Shown here in pieces: positions 45,098 to 55,034 of a stretch of 64,000 bases of DNA (within the stretch, counting starts at the first letter, position 1; each line of letters opens with the position of its first letter). The position numbers and the translations under genes were made by a program. The stretch covers positions 130,621 to 194,620 of the forward strand of contig JACKFI010000002.1 in the NCBI GenBank assembly GCA_020632555.1. Direction: 5' to 3'. This DNA comes from Candidatus Omnitrophota bacterium. Lineage in GTDB: Bacteria; Omnitrophota; Gorgyraeia; Zapsychrales; JANLHA01. The notes beneath the pieces were generated by a model. That model did no database searches. It was given only the letters and a program-made list of their open reading frames with translations, and was not told the DNA's origin.

Positions 45098-45718
45098 TCA
45101 AAACTTAATCAATTTACCCAAACCTGAATGGGGATAACCATTCACATACTGAAAATAAATAATCTTGGATTCGTATTTGGTTGCTTTAAACCACGGATCT
45201 TCGCTGCCCCACACATCCCGCGTCTTGGTCATAACGCTCAAACCATTGTCGCAAACAATAAACTTAACCGGCAAATCAAAATTATACGCATATTTTACCG
45301 CTTCGAAAAAAATCCCTGTTTCCGACGACATTTCTCCACAAAACAAAAATGCTCGCCCGGACTTGCCTTGATTCTTCAGCGCCCAAGCAACACCCGTTGC
45401 GGTGCCCATCAAACTGCCAACGATGCCGGAACAAAGAACTTTGTACTTAGGAAAACACAAAGAAATACTTTTGCCATCCAAAATCGCTTGTTTCACTTCT
45501 TCGCGCGGCACACCTTTTAAAAGCGCCAACTCATGCGCATCCCAAAAACCAAAAATATAATCATCATCGCCAATATTTTCTTCACGGAAAATTTTAATCA
45601 ACTGATCCTCGCGCCCCGCACGCAAATGCACCGGAGCCCGAATCGCGCCGGTCGCAAAAACATCCGCAATCTCTTGTTCAAACGTCACCAAATCTTCTTT
45701 AGTCAACTGTGTTTTCAT
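45098..45718 (-). CDS. ThDP-binding subunit (E1-alpha-like, truncated)
   Basis: 206 aa. It carries 'APVHLRAGREDQL', 'GIVGSLMGTATGVAWALK', and the ThDP motif 'CGEMSSETGIFFEAVKYAYNFDLPVKFIVCDNG' (GDG...NN type). Confidence 0.65.
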   Translation of the reverse strand: MKTQLTKEDLVTFEQEIADVFATGAIRAPVHLRAGREDQLIKIFREENIGDDDYIFGFWDAHELALLKGVPREEVKQAILDGKSISLCFPKYKVLCSGIVGSLMGTATGVAWALKNQGKSGRAFLFCGEMSSETGIFFEAVKYAYNFDLPVKFIVCDNGLSVMTKTRDVWGSEDPWFKATKYESKIIYFQYVNGYPHSGLGKLIKF

Positions 45719-45829
45719 AAGACTCTAAACCCTTCACAAAGTAATAATTAATAATCCCCCCGCCAACGAAAGAAATACGTGCCATTATGAAATAATCTCG
45801 AATTATTCGCAACCCCAATTCAATATTTA

Positions 45830-46780
45830 TTACTTCTCGTCGCAACAATTCGCTTTAAACCAAGCCAAGGTTTCTTGCAATCCTTGTTGAAGACTAACCT
45901 TTGGCTGCCATTGCAAATGTTTCTTTGCCAAAGTGATATCCGGACACCGTTGTTTGGGATCATCCACCGGCAAATCACGATAAACCAATTTGCTGTGTGC
46001 CCCTGAAAATTTCAAAACCATGTTCGCAAATTCCAAAATGGTGAATTCTTTGGGATTACCGATATTCACCGGTTGATGCAAATTTGAATACAATAAACGC
46101 ACAATCCCATCAATCAAATCTGAATAATAACAAAAAGACCGTGTTTGTTGGCCATCGCCATAAATCGTCAGCGGCTGATTATGCAAAGCTTGATCAATAA
46201 AATTAGGAACAACGCGGCCGTCATTGACTTGCATGCGCGGCCCGTAGGTGTTGAAAATGCGCACAATCGCCGTATTAACGTCATACGAACGATGATAAGC
46301 CATGGTGAGCGCTTCAGCAAAACGCTTGGCTTCATCATAAACACTGCGCGGCCCAATAGAGTTGACATGCCCCCAATAGGATTCTTTTTGCGGATGTTCC
46401 AGCGGATCACCATAAATTTCAGAAGTCGATGCAACCAAAAAACGCGCTTTTTTCAATTGAGCCAATTTTAAACAATGTTCTGTTCCCTGTGATCCAACCT
46501 TCAAAGTCGCTAAAGGGTGTCGCAAATAATCCACTGGACTGGCCGGTGAAGCAAAATGCAAAACATAATCCACCTTCCCCGTTATGGTCCAAGGCCGGCA
46601 CACGTCTTTTTTGATAAACTCAAAGTTTTTATTTTTTCGCAAATGCGCGATATTGCGCAAACTCCCCGTTATCAAATTATCGGCCGCAATCACCCGGCAA
46701 CCATCAGCCAATAAACGATCGCACAAATGACTGCCTAAAAATCCCGCGCCACCGGTAACAACAGCTATTTTCTTTTTCAT
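45830..46780 (-). CDS. UDP-glucuronate decarboxylase (UXS/ArnA-C-terminal-like SDR)
   Basis: 316 aa. It carries '[16 protein letters not shown]', 'STSEIYG', 'YDEAKR' and '[10 protein letters not shown]'. Confidence 0.8.
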   Translation of the reverse strand: MKKKIAVVTGGAGFLGSHLCDRLLADGCRVIAADNLITGSLRNIAHLRKNKNFEFIKKDVCRPWTITGKVDYVLHFASPASPVDYLRHPLATLKVGSQGTEHCLKLAQLKKARFLVASTSEIYGDPLEHPQKESYWGHVNSIGPRSVYDEAKRFAEALTMAYHRSYDVNTAIVRIFNTYGPRMQVNDGRVVPNFIDQALHNQPLTIYGDGQQTRSFCYYSDLIDGIVRLLYSNLHQPVNIGNPKEFTILEFANMVLKFSGAHSKLVYRDLPVDDPKQRCPDITLAKKHLQWQPKVSLQQGLQETLAWFKANCCDEK

Positions 46781-46801
46781 TTCAACGATCCTTAATCAAA
46801 T

Positions 46802-48103
46802 TTACAACTTTACAATTTTTTTATGATTCAAAGCCCCGTACACATTACGGGTATCAAAAATCATTTTCGCCGACTTTAGAATCAATTGATAATTGACCTG
46901 ACTATGATCGGTGGCAATCACCACACAATCAAACTCGGCCACATTTTTTCCTGTCAAATCAGTCGCCGCCAGATCAATGGCGCCGATTTTCAAATACGGA
47001 ATAATCGGATCATAATATTCAACCTTAGTTCCCTTACCTTGCAATAATTCAATCAAGCGCAAAGGCGGAGATTTACGCAAATCTTTAACATCTTTTTTAT
47101 ACGTCACGCCAATAATTAAAATTTTTGCGTTCTCAAGAACCTTATTATGCGATTTAAGAATAGCTTGAATGCGCCCAACCGCATAAGCCGGCATCGACGA
47201 ATTGGTATCCGCGGACAAGCGAATGTATTTCGAATTAAAACCATACTTGCGCGCTTTCCAATGCAAATACAAAGGGTCATCGGGAATACAATGACCGCCT
47301 ACCCCCAGCCCCGGATAAAAAGGCATGAAGCCAAATGGCTTTGTTTTGGCTGCCTCAATCACTTCCCAAATATCAATATTCAATTTATGGCACATCATGG
47401 CCAATTCATTGATCCATCCGATATTGACAATTCGAAATGAATTCTCCAGAAGCTTGGTCATTTCCGCGGCATCTGCGGAAGAAACCAAATGTACTTCTTT
47501 GATAATCGTTTGATAAAACAACTGGCTCAACTGCCCGCTTTTCTGATCAATCCCGCCGACAATTTTAGGAATACGGGTCACATCATATTTTTTGTTGCCC
47601 GGATCAATGCGTTCCGGCGAAAAAGACAAATACAATTCTTTGCCAACCATCATGCCCGATTTTTCTAAAACTGGCTTGACCAATTCCCGCGTTGTTCCCG
47701 GATACGTCGTGCTTTCCAGAATAACCAAGGTGTCTTTTTTAATATATTGATCAATCAATTTAACAGCATTAACAATAAAAGAAACATCCGGCGTGTATTT
47801 GCGACGCAACGGAGTAGGAACACAAATCATAATCACATCCGCAAATTTAAGCAAAGAAAAATCTGTTGACGCCATCAAGCGGCCGTTATTGACCACCGTT
47901 GTCAAATCTTTGGCTGTGATATCGGCAATATAATTTTTTTTAGTCTGCACGCGCTGGACACGATCCACATCCATATCCAACCCATAAACTTTAAAACCAA
48001 CCTTGGCAAAACTCACCGCCAAAGGCAGTCCTACATAACCAAGACCCAAGACTGCGACAATGGCTTTTTTATTGTGAATTTTATTTTTTAAAATTTTTGA
48101 CAT
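46802..48103 (-). CDS. nucleotide-sugar 6-dehydrogenase (UDP-N-acetyl-hexosamine dehydrogenase type, WecC/TviB-like)
   Basis: The ATG at 48103 is preferred; the track's TTG at 48136 is rejected. It carries 'VLGLGYVGLPLA' and 'GLGVGGHCIPDDP' (catalytic Cys). Confidence 0.8.
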   Translation of the reverse strand: MSKILKNKIHNKKAIVAVLGLGYVGLPLAVSFAKVGFKVYGLDMDVDRVQRVQTKKNYIADITAKDLTTVVNNGRLMASTDFSLLKFADVIMICVPTPLRRKYTPDVSFIVNAVKLIDQYIKKDTLVILESTTYPGTTRELVKPVLEKSGMMVGKELYLSFSPERIDPGNKKYDVTRIPKIVGGIDQKSGQLSQLFYQTIIKEVHLVSSADAAEMTKLLENSFRIVNIGWINELAMMCHKLNIDIWEVIEAAKTKPFGFMPFYPGLGVGGHCIPDDPLYLHWKARKYGFNSKYIRLSADTNSSMPAYAVGRIQAILKSHNKVLENAKILIIGVTYKKDVKDLRKSPPLRLIELLQGKGTKVEYYDPIIPYLKIGAIDLAATDLTGKNVAEFDCVVIATDHSQVNYQLILKSAKMIFDTRNVYGALNHKKIVKL

Positions 48104-48142
48104 CGATAAACCTTTAAGCTCTATTTTGTAAATCAACTCACC

Positions 48143-49462
48143 TTAAACAACTCCGCGGCCGATTCCAAAATATTCAAATCCTAAATCATCCAAATGATCA
48201 TTCTTATATAAATTTCGTCCATCAAAAATCATCGGTTGGCGCATCACATTTTTTAAACGTTTAAAATCAACCTGCCGAAATTCATCCCACTCGGTCAAAA
48301 CAACCAGACAATCTGAATCTTTGGCAACGGCATAAACATTCTGACAAAATGTCATCCCCTTAAATATTTTCTTCGCTTGATCCATCGCTTGCGGATCATA
48401 CGCCTTAATCTTGGCCCCTTCGGCTTGCAAACGTGTAATAATATCAACTGACGGAGCATTGCGCATATCATCGGTATTGGGCTTAAAAGCCAGCCCCAAA
48501 ACGCCAATCTTTTTTCCCTTGATGATCCACAACTTGTCTTCAATCAAACGAACAAACGCCGCTTTTTGTTCTTCATTGGTCAAACGAACCGCTTTTAAAA
48601 GATTAAAATCGTAACCACTTTTTTCACTCAAACGAATAAACGCGTCCACATCTTTAGGAAAACAACTGCCGCCAAACCCAATGCCCGCATTTAAAAAACT
48701 CGGGCCAATCCTTTTGTCATAGCCCATGCCCTCAGTCACTTTGAGAATATCAGCTCCAACTTTATCGCAAATCTGTGACAAAGCATTGGCAAAAGAAATC
48801 TTGGTTGCTAAAAATGAATTCGACGCATGCTTGATGATTTCAGCTGACGTGATGTTGGTCACAACAATGCGCGTCTTAAGCGGCTTATAAATTTCCTTGA
48901 GTAATTCTTCCGCCTTCTTGGACTCCACGCCAATCACCACCCGGTCAGGATTCATAAAATCCGCAATGGCCGAACCTTCGCGCAAAAATTCTGGATTCGA
49001 CGCGACATCAAAAGGAACATTGTGCCCGCGTTCTTTAAACTTTTTAGGTAAATTCACCTTAATGGTATTTTCAATCCGCCGGCCGGTTGCCGCCGGTACC
49101 GTAGATTTCTCGACAATCAATTTATAGGAATCCATACTCAAAGCAATTTGCCGCGCGACATTTTCCACATAGGTCAAATCCGCGTCGCCATTTTTTTTGG
49201 ATGGAGTTCCAACCGCGATAAAAATCACCAAAGACTTTTTAGAAGCCTCTTTAATCGTTTCACAAAAAAAGAGTTTTTTCTTTTTGATTTGCTTGGTCAT
49301 CAATTCTTGCAAACCCGGCTCATAAATCGTCGCAATCCCTTTGCGCAATGTCTTTAATTTTTCACGATCATTATCCACACAATACACCGTGTGTCCAATA
49401 GCTGAAAGACAAACCCCCGTGACTAAACCAACATATCCGGTTCCCACAATACCAATATTCAT
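48143..49462 (-). CDS. ugd: UDP-glucose 6-dehydrogenase
   Basis: 439 aa. It carries 'IVGTGYVGLVTG', 'NPEFLREGSA' and 'GFGGSCFPKD'. Confidence 0.85.
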   Translation of the reverse strand: MNIGIVGTGYVGLVTGVCLSAIGHTVYCVDNDREKLKTLRKGIATIYEPGLQELMTKQIKKKKLFFCETIKEASKKSLVIFIAVGTPSKKNGDADLTYVENVARQIALSMDSYKLIVEKSTVPAATGRRIENTIKVNLPKKFKERGHNVPFDVASNPEFLREGSAIADFMNPDRVVIGVESKKAEELLKEIYKPLKTRIVVTNITSAEIIKHASNSFLATKISFANALSQICDKVGADILKVTEGMGYDKRIGPSFLNAGIGFGGSCFPKDVDAFIRLSEKSGYDFNLLKAVRLTNEEQKAAFVRLIEDKLWIIKGKKIGVLGLAFKPNTDDMRNAPSVDIITRLQAEGAKIKAYDPQAMDQAKKIFKGMTFCQNVYAVAKDSDCLVVLTEWDEFRQVDFKRLKNVMRQPMIFDGRNLYKNDHLDDLGFEYFGIGRGVV

Positions 49463-49486
49463 AAAAATTCACCTTTCCTAGAATTT

Positions 49487-51595
49487 CTAACGATTTGCTC
49501 CCGCTTTGCTGCGATTAAATCCTGTTCCAAAATTAATTGCTAAATCAGGAAATTCTTTCAATGTAAAGATAACCCATACCGCGTCACCATCATTATCTTT
49601 GTGATTAAAACTGATTCGTCCCTCCCACTCGTGCAAATCACGCACAATCGCATATTGCTGTTCTTTATTAATCCCGCGATCAACATCCCAGCGCTGATAC
49701 ACTTCCCCATACCATTTTTGATTAATACGATAATTCAATTGGCTGGTGATCTGATCATCAACCGCGCGGTCGTAGCGTTTACCAAAACCCATGGACCATC
49801 GGCTCTGTTGGGGATCGTGAAAATAAACATCAAAATTTGCCACACTCAAATGCTCTTCTATAGTGTCATAGGTCGATTCCGCATACAACGTCATCCAGCG
49901 GTTTGGAATAAAATCCGTTTTCGTCGTTACATTATTAAATCCACCTTTATGCGAGTCCTCTTTTAAATAAAAATCTGATGAAACAAGAAAACGCAACAAA
50001 TCCTCGCTTTTATTAGAACGCTTGGTCTGCAATTTGTTTTCTAAACCAAAGGTTATGCCGTGACCACGCACCACACTATCAATCCCATCAAACTGAACCA
50101 GTTTTGAGGACTCCAAACTTGGATCATGCGTATAAAAATACGCCACCGAAGGGGTCACCACATGTCGCAAACGATGAATATCCAAATTCAACCAATTGGT
50201 TTGCGCATCATACACACGAAAGAACCTGGTGCTGACATCCGCGCCGGTTTTAAAAACACCCCGCAAAGTGTTATTATCAGTTTTCTCCAATGTTTTAGAA
50301 TAAAAAGTTTCTTGTCCTCCGACAAAAGGCCGCAATTCAATAAATTTGACTTTAAACGGATAAGAAATTTCATTATCAGCATCAAAACGCATTGTTTCAT
50401 AACGATGCGCACTGGGACTGGCCTCTAACTTGGCCAAATTGGAAAATGTCGTATTGCTTTTCCAATAAAATCCACTGTCCAAGATCTTGTTTCCCGGTAA
50501 AAGATAATTGATCTCCGGCAATCGATTGACCGCCGCATTGAAGCGATTGACCCGAACATCACTGCGTAAACTCAAAGTCCCGGCCGTCTCAAATCCTTTG
50601 CTTAATAAGAAATACGTCGCAGGATTAACATCTTCCTCATATTCACGAGGAAAAAAATCTTTAACAAACTCCGCGTCACTTAATTTATAATACTGCCAAA
50701 CAGCTTTGGTATGATCATCAATATCCCATTTATGCCGCCACTCCCCTTTATACCGTTCCCGTTCAATAACCGCTTTATTATTACTCGAATTAAAATCAAA
50801 AAAGAATTTCTCATCGCTCAAACGTTCTTGTGTGTAATAGGCCTTCATAAAGCCATTACCAAAACGCTCATTTTGATAATTCAAATCCGCACCTTCACCA
50901 AAACCTCTTTTGCTGCGATAGTCCACATGGACCACCGTATTAACGCGATCATTCCAATAATGGCGCCATTGAGACAAAGCAAAACTCCCCCAACCTTTGT
51001 AATAACCCGGAGTGATGGTAAACATCGGTTTTTGATGTCGTAAATCCTGAGTATAACGAGGCAAATAAAAAATGGGCACTTTGCCCAACACCACGGTCAT
51101 ATTGCGGGCTACAGCTTTATCTCCTTGATAAATATCCACGCGGGGAGCTCTCAACTTAAAATGCGGATGATCCAAATCGCAGGTGGTGATATATCCATCT
51201 TTTAAAACAATATGCTTATCATCTTCTTTAGATATTTCCTTGCCAGAACCATAAAAAGGCTTTGACGTGATCTTTGCGTCAATAAATTCCCCTTTCATTG
51301 TTGCAAAGTTGTAAATCATTTTGTCGCCAGTCAAACGAGCACCATCCCGCTCCAAAACAACATGTCCTTGCGCTATCCCCACATTTTGTGTCCGATCAAA
51401 CTCCATGCGGTCAGAAGACAAAGTCACCCCCAAACGCTTAACCACAACATGCCCGATAGCGCTCACCTTATTGCCAGTTACCGAATATTGAACTTCATCC
51501 CCATTGATCTCGACCGGCACAATGTTTTCTTGAGCAAAACTCACCGCCGCGCAGCTGATCATTAAAACACCCAATAGGATTTGAAAATACTTCAT
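49487..51595 (-). CDS. lptD: LPS-assembly outer-membrane protein LptD (OstA family)
   Basis: 702 aa with a signal peptide. The N-terminal OstA-like domain ('EINGDEVQY...VVKRLGVTLSSDRMEFD') is followed by a large beta-barrel-type C-terminal part. Confidence 0.75.
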   Translation of the reverse strand: MKYFQILLGVLMISCAAVSFAQENIVPVEINGDEVQYSVTGNKVSAIGHVVVKRLGVTLSSDRMEFDRTQNVGIAQGHVVLERDGARLTGDKMIYNFATMKGEFIDAKITSKPFYGSGKEISKEDDKHIVLKDGYITTCDLDHPHFKLRAPRVDIYQGDKAVARNMTVVLGKVPIFYLPRYTQDLRHQKPMFTITPGYYKGWGSFALSQWRHYWNDRVNTVVHVDYRSKRGFGEGADLNYQNERFGNGFMKAYYTQERLSDEKFFFDFNSSNNKAVIERERYKGEWRHKWDIDDHTKAVWQYYKLSDAEFVKDFFPREYEEDVNPATYFLLSKGFETAGTLSLRSDVRVNRFNAAVNRLPEINYLLPGNKILDSGFYWKSNTTFSNLAKLEASPSAHRYETMRFDADNEISYPFKVKFIELRPFVGGQETFYSKTLEKTDNNTLRGVFKTGADVSTRFFRVYDAQTNWLNLDIHRLRHVVTPSVAYFYTHDPSLESSKLVQFDGIDSVVRGHGITFGLENKLQTKRSNKSEDLLRFLVSSDFYLKEDSHKGGFNNVTTKTDFIPNRWMTLYAESTYDTIEEHLSVANFDVYFHDPQQSRWSMGFGKRYDRAVDDQITSQLNYRINQKWYGEVYQRWDVDRGINKEQQYAIVRDLHEWEGRISFNHKDNDGDAVWVIFTLKEFPDLAINFGTGFNRSKAGANR

Positions 51596-52527
51596 GCGTG
51601 CTTTCCTAAACCTTCTGCCAATAAAACACGAGCCCCAAAAATACCGGCATCATGACCCAATTTGGCATGAACAATTTTCACCATCTTCGCCTGCACTTTC
51701 ATCGCCCGTTCTTGAATCACCCGATGAATAGTCGGAAAAAGAAACCGATAATTACTAGAAACACCGCCCCCGATAATGATCAACGGCGGATTTAAAAGAT
51801 TCACCACTGCCACCAAACCATTACCAATGTGAATAGCGACTTCCTCAAAAAATCGCAATGCTCTTTTATCTGCCTTTAAAGCCAAAGCATGAACATCTGG
51901 AATGCTTAAATTTTTATCACCAAAAATACGGGCAATCTTTTTTAATAACTGCGCATTTCCAACATGCCCTTCAAAACAGCCATAACCGCCGCAATTGCAA
52001 GAATGCCCTTTTTCATTAATCGGCATATGTCCAATTTCACCAGCGACAAACCCCGCTCCGCGATACAGTTTTCCATTCAAAATTAATCCACCGCCAACAC
52101 CTGTACCCAAAGTCATACAAACCAGATTGTCCTGACCTTTGCCTGCACCAAACTTCCACTCTCCTAAGGTGATCATTTTAGCATCATTATCAATACACAC
52201 TGGCTTGCCAAATTCTTTCTCAAAAATTCTTTGCAAAGGAACATTCTCCCATTTTGGAATATTAGGCAAAGAAATAACCAATCCTTTAAAAGGATCAATG
52301 GCCCCCGGCAAACCAATGCCAATGCCAGAAATTTGCGATAAAGTGATTTGAGAATCTTTGAGCAGTGCACGAACGTGCGCAAAAATGGCCTGAATTAAAT
52401 CATTTTTATTACGATTGTAAAGCTTTGTAGATAGAGAACTTCTAACTAAAACGCAACCTTTGGCATCGACAATGCCAAGCTTGACCTTTGTCCCGCCGAC
52501 ATCAATGCCTAAAACCAAGTTTTTCAT
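51592..52527 (-). CDS. ROK-family sugar kinase (glucokinase-like)
   Basis: 311 aa. It carries 'GIDVGGTKVK', 'LGTGVGGG' and the ROK zinc motif 'CNCGGYGCFE'. Confidence 0.85.
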   Translation of the reverse strand: MKNLVLGIDVGGTKVKLGIVDAKGCVLVRSSLSTKLYNRNKNDLIQAIFAHVRALLKDSQITLSQISGIGIGLPGAIDPFKGLVISLPNIPKWENVPLQRIFEKEFGKPVCIDNDAKMITLGEWKFGAGKGQDNLVCMTLGTGVGGGLILNGKLYRGAGFVAGEIGHMPINEKGHSCNCGGYGCFEGHVGNAQLLKKIARIFGDKNLSIPDVHALALKADKRALRFFEEVAIHIGNGLVAVVNLLNPPLIIIGGGVSSNYRFLFPTIHRVIQERAMKVQAKMVKIVHAKLGHDAGIFGARVLLAEGLGKHA

Positions 52528-52661
52528 GGGGAAAGACGATAATTATGGATTATAAAATACTCACACTGCCGGTAAAAACGTTTGATTCTACCTGAAAAGA
52601 GAAACTGTTTCAAGCTGAATTATCGACGATTTTTCGTCTAAATTTGCTTCAAAAGAAAGCT

Positions 52662-53678
52662 TCACTTATGATAAACACCAAAAGCACAAACCCGATTACG
52701 ACCCTCTTTTTTGGCGCGATACAAAGCCCAGTCTGCTTTATCAATCAATTCATTAATTTCTTTGCCATCTTGAGTATACACCGCAATGCCAATGCTGACC
52801 GTCGCCTTGGTCATCGTATCATAAGCTTTAATGGTCGCCGCTTCCACAGCCGCCCGAATACGCTCTGCAACATACACAGCTGCTTCATAATCCGTATCCG
52901 GTAAAACCACGCAAAACTCTTCACCGCCATAACGCCCAATAATATCAATTTCACGAATATTCGCTTTGATAATCAAAGAAATCTCACGCAAAATCTGATC
53001 ACCGGTTAAATGGCCATACTGATCGTTAAAGTTTTTGAAGAAATCAATATCAATCATTAAAAATGACATATTGGTCTTATGAAGCTGAGCCCGGCTACGC
53101 TCTTCTTCCAAACGCTCCATCACATGCCGGCGCGTATGAACCTCCGTCAAACTATCGGTAATCGCCAACTGTTCGATATCCTGATAAAGCCGCACCCGCC
53201 GAAGAGCCAAAGCAAATTGATTAGCTAAAATCGTCATCTTGGCTTGTTGATCATCGGCAACCCCGCTGACAGCCAAAACCCCCAGCGCTCGTCTTTGCCC
53301 GGTCAAAGTCCACAACAAATACCCTTGCGATTGTTTCTCCTCAATCTCCCGCTGAGCCAACGGGTCCAATAAAAGACAATCGTCAAAACTGACACTTTCA
53401 CTCAACTTGGTTTTAAAAGTCTGAAATGTTTTATTTTCGGAAAAAGTTCTGGTCATTTCGCGCGTCAAATTATATAGCGTAAAAATCTGAGACACCTGCT
53501 CTTCCAAAACTTTCTGTTCAAGATCCAAGCTTTTTTTGATATCCAAAAATTCTTTTTGTTGATCTTGAATCACACCAACCGCATGGATTTCTTGACGAAT
53601 AAGAATAGCAATGGTTCGCTTCACCACAAAAATCGCGACCAAAGTAAAAATGATTAAACCAATGGTAATAAAAATCAT
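52662..53678 (-). CDS. membrane-anchored GAF-like/GGDEF diguanylate cyclase
   Basis: 338 aa with one N-terminal TM segment. It carries 'RYGGEEFCVVLPD' and 'YRAKKEGRNRV'. Confidence 0.85.
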   Translation of the reverse strand: MIFITIGLIIFTLVAIFVVKRTIAILIRQEIHAVGVIQDQQKEFLDIKKSLDLEQKVLEEQVSQIFTLYNLTREMTRTFSENKTFQTFKTKLSESVSFDDCLLLDPLAQREIEEKQSQGYLLWTLTGQRRALGVLAVSGVADDQQAKMTILANQFALALRRVRLYQDIEQLAITDSLTEVHTRRHVMERLEEERSRAQLHKTNMSFLMIDIDFFKNFNDQYGHLTGDQILREISLIIKANIREIDIIGRYGGEEFCVVLPDTDYEAAVYVAERIRAAVEAATIKAYDTMTKATVSIGIAVYTQDGKEINELIDKADWALYRAKKEGRNRVCAFGVYHK

Positions 53679-54979
53679 TTGCCCTCTTTGGCTAAAACAA
53701 CTCGATTGCGCCCAGAAGCCTTCGCCGCGTACAAAGCCATATCTGCTTTTTGCACCAATTCCTCTTTGGTATGCGCGTCAACTGGAAAAGTCGCTACCCC
53801 CACTGAAACCGTAATGCACGTCTTCTCTCGACGCAGGATAATCGTCTGCGTTTCAATGCGCCGACGCACGTCTTCAGCAAGCTGACCAGCCCTTGTTTTC
53901 GAACAATCCGGCAAAAGAATACAAAATTCCTCGCCACCATAACGGCAAACAATTTCTCCCGGTTGAACAAACATATCTGAAAGAATCATCGCGACCGTCT
54001 TTAACACAATGTCTCCTGCCATATGGCCAAAACGATCATTGTATTTTTTAAAAAAATCCAAATCAATCATCAAAAATGACAATTCGCTCTCGGCACGTAA
54101 ATGACGTCCAATTTCAGTTCCTAGCCGTTCTCGCAAATGACGTCGCAAATACAAGCCTGTCAAACTATCACGAATAGCCAAATCCTCAACATGTTCATAA
54201 AGCCGGGCATTTTCTAAAGCCACCGCGCTAATATTACCCACTGTATTTAAAAACCTTAAGTCTTCCGTAGAAAAGTGATGCTCTTGGCTGCTATCAACTC
54301 GCAAAACACCCACCATAACCTCCCCGACCGCCAAAGGGACAATCATCAAAGACCGTATCGCGCGACCATCTTCCGTTTGAATTTGTTCCAAATCAAAGCG
54401 AAAATCCATTTCTGTATCTGCAACCAACAATGGCTTGGCATTTTTAACAACCCACTGATCATACAAATCACCTTTTTTGGCTTTTAGATTCAACGAATTC
54501 TTATTCTTCAAAGATGCCGTCAAAGCTAAATCGCCAGTGCCATTTTCCAAGAAATAAACAATCACCGTCATCGCTTCATGACCATACACATCATTGACCT
54601 GCGCGGCAATAATCTGCGCCGTTTCACTCATCGTAAAAGACGCGCATAACTTCTCGGTCAAATCTTTTAACCGCGAATAATTTGTAATTTTATTTTTTAA
54701 AGCAATATTTGTCAGCCTCTGGCGGGCAATGTCTGCTTGCAACAAATTCAATTGTTCTTCACATTCTCCACGATTCAAGGACAATTCCGTTTGGCGGTTT
54801 GTCAAAAAAACATAAGAATACACCAAATAACTAATAATCAAAGTCAATGACCCTGCCAATAAAATAAAAAATTGCGCTTCAAAATACCGAGCATAAAGAA
54901 AAAACCCGGCCAGAGGAAAGACCAAGAGACTAGCTAGAAAATAAGGTGATTGAAGAATTCGGTGAAATAAATTTTTCAT
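53675..54979 (-). CDS. membrane GAF-GGDEF diguanylate cyclase (paralog of the downstream gene)
   Basis: It carries 'RYGGEEFCILLPD' and 'YAAKASGRNRV'. The start is uncertain: the ATG at 54979 avoids overlap with the ABC gene, whereas the track's TTG at 55066 overlaps it. The stop overlaps the next start (ATGA-type, 4 nt). Confidence 0.8.
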   Translation of the reverse strand: MKNLFHRILQSPYFLASLLVFPLAGFFLYARYFEAQFFILLAGSLTLIISYLVYSYVFLTNRQTELSLNRGECEEQLNLLQADIARQRLTNIALKNKITNYSRLKDLTEKLCASFTMSETAQIIAAQVNDVYGHEAMTVIVYFLENGTGDLALTASLKNKNSLNLKAKKGDLYDQWVVKNAKPLLVADTEMDFRFDLEQIQTEDGRAIRSLMIVPLAVGEVMVGVLRVDSSQEHHFSTEDLRFLNTVGNISAVALENARLYEHVEDLAIRDSLTGLYLRRHLRERLGTEIGRHLRAESELSFLMIDLDFFKKYNDRFGHMAGDIVLKTVAMILSDMFVQPGEIVCRYGGEEFCILLPDCSKTRAGQLAEDVRRRIETQTIILRREKTCITVSVGVATFPVDAHTKEELVQKADMALYAAKASGRNRVVLAKEGK

Positions 54980-55034
54980 ACTATGAAACTCAAAACAAAA
55001 TGAGAGGAATAACTTGACGATGGCATGAGTGCCG

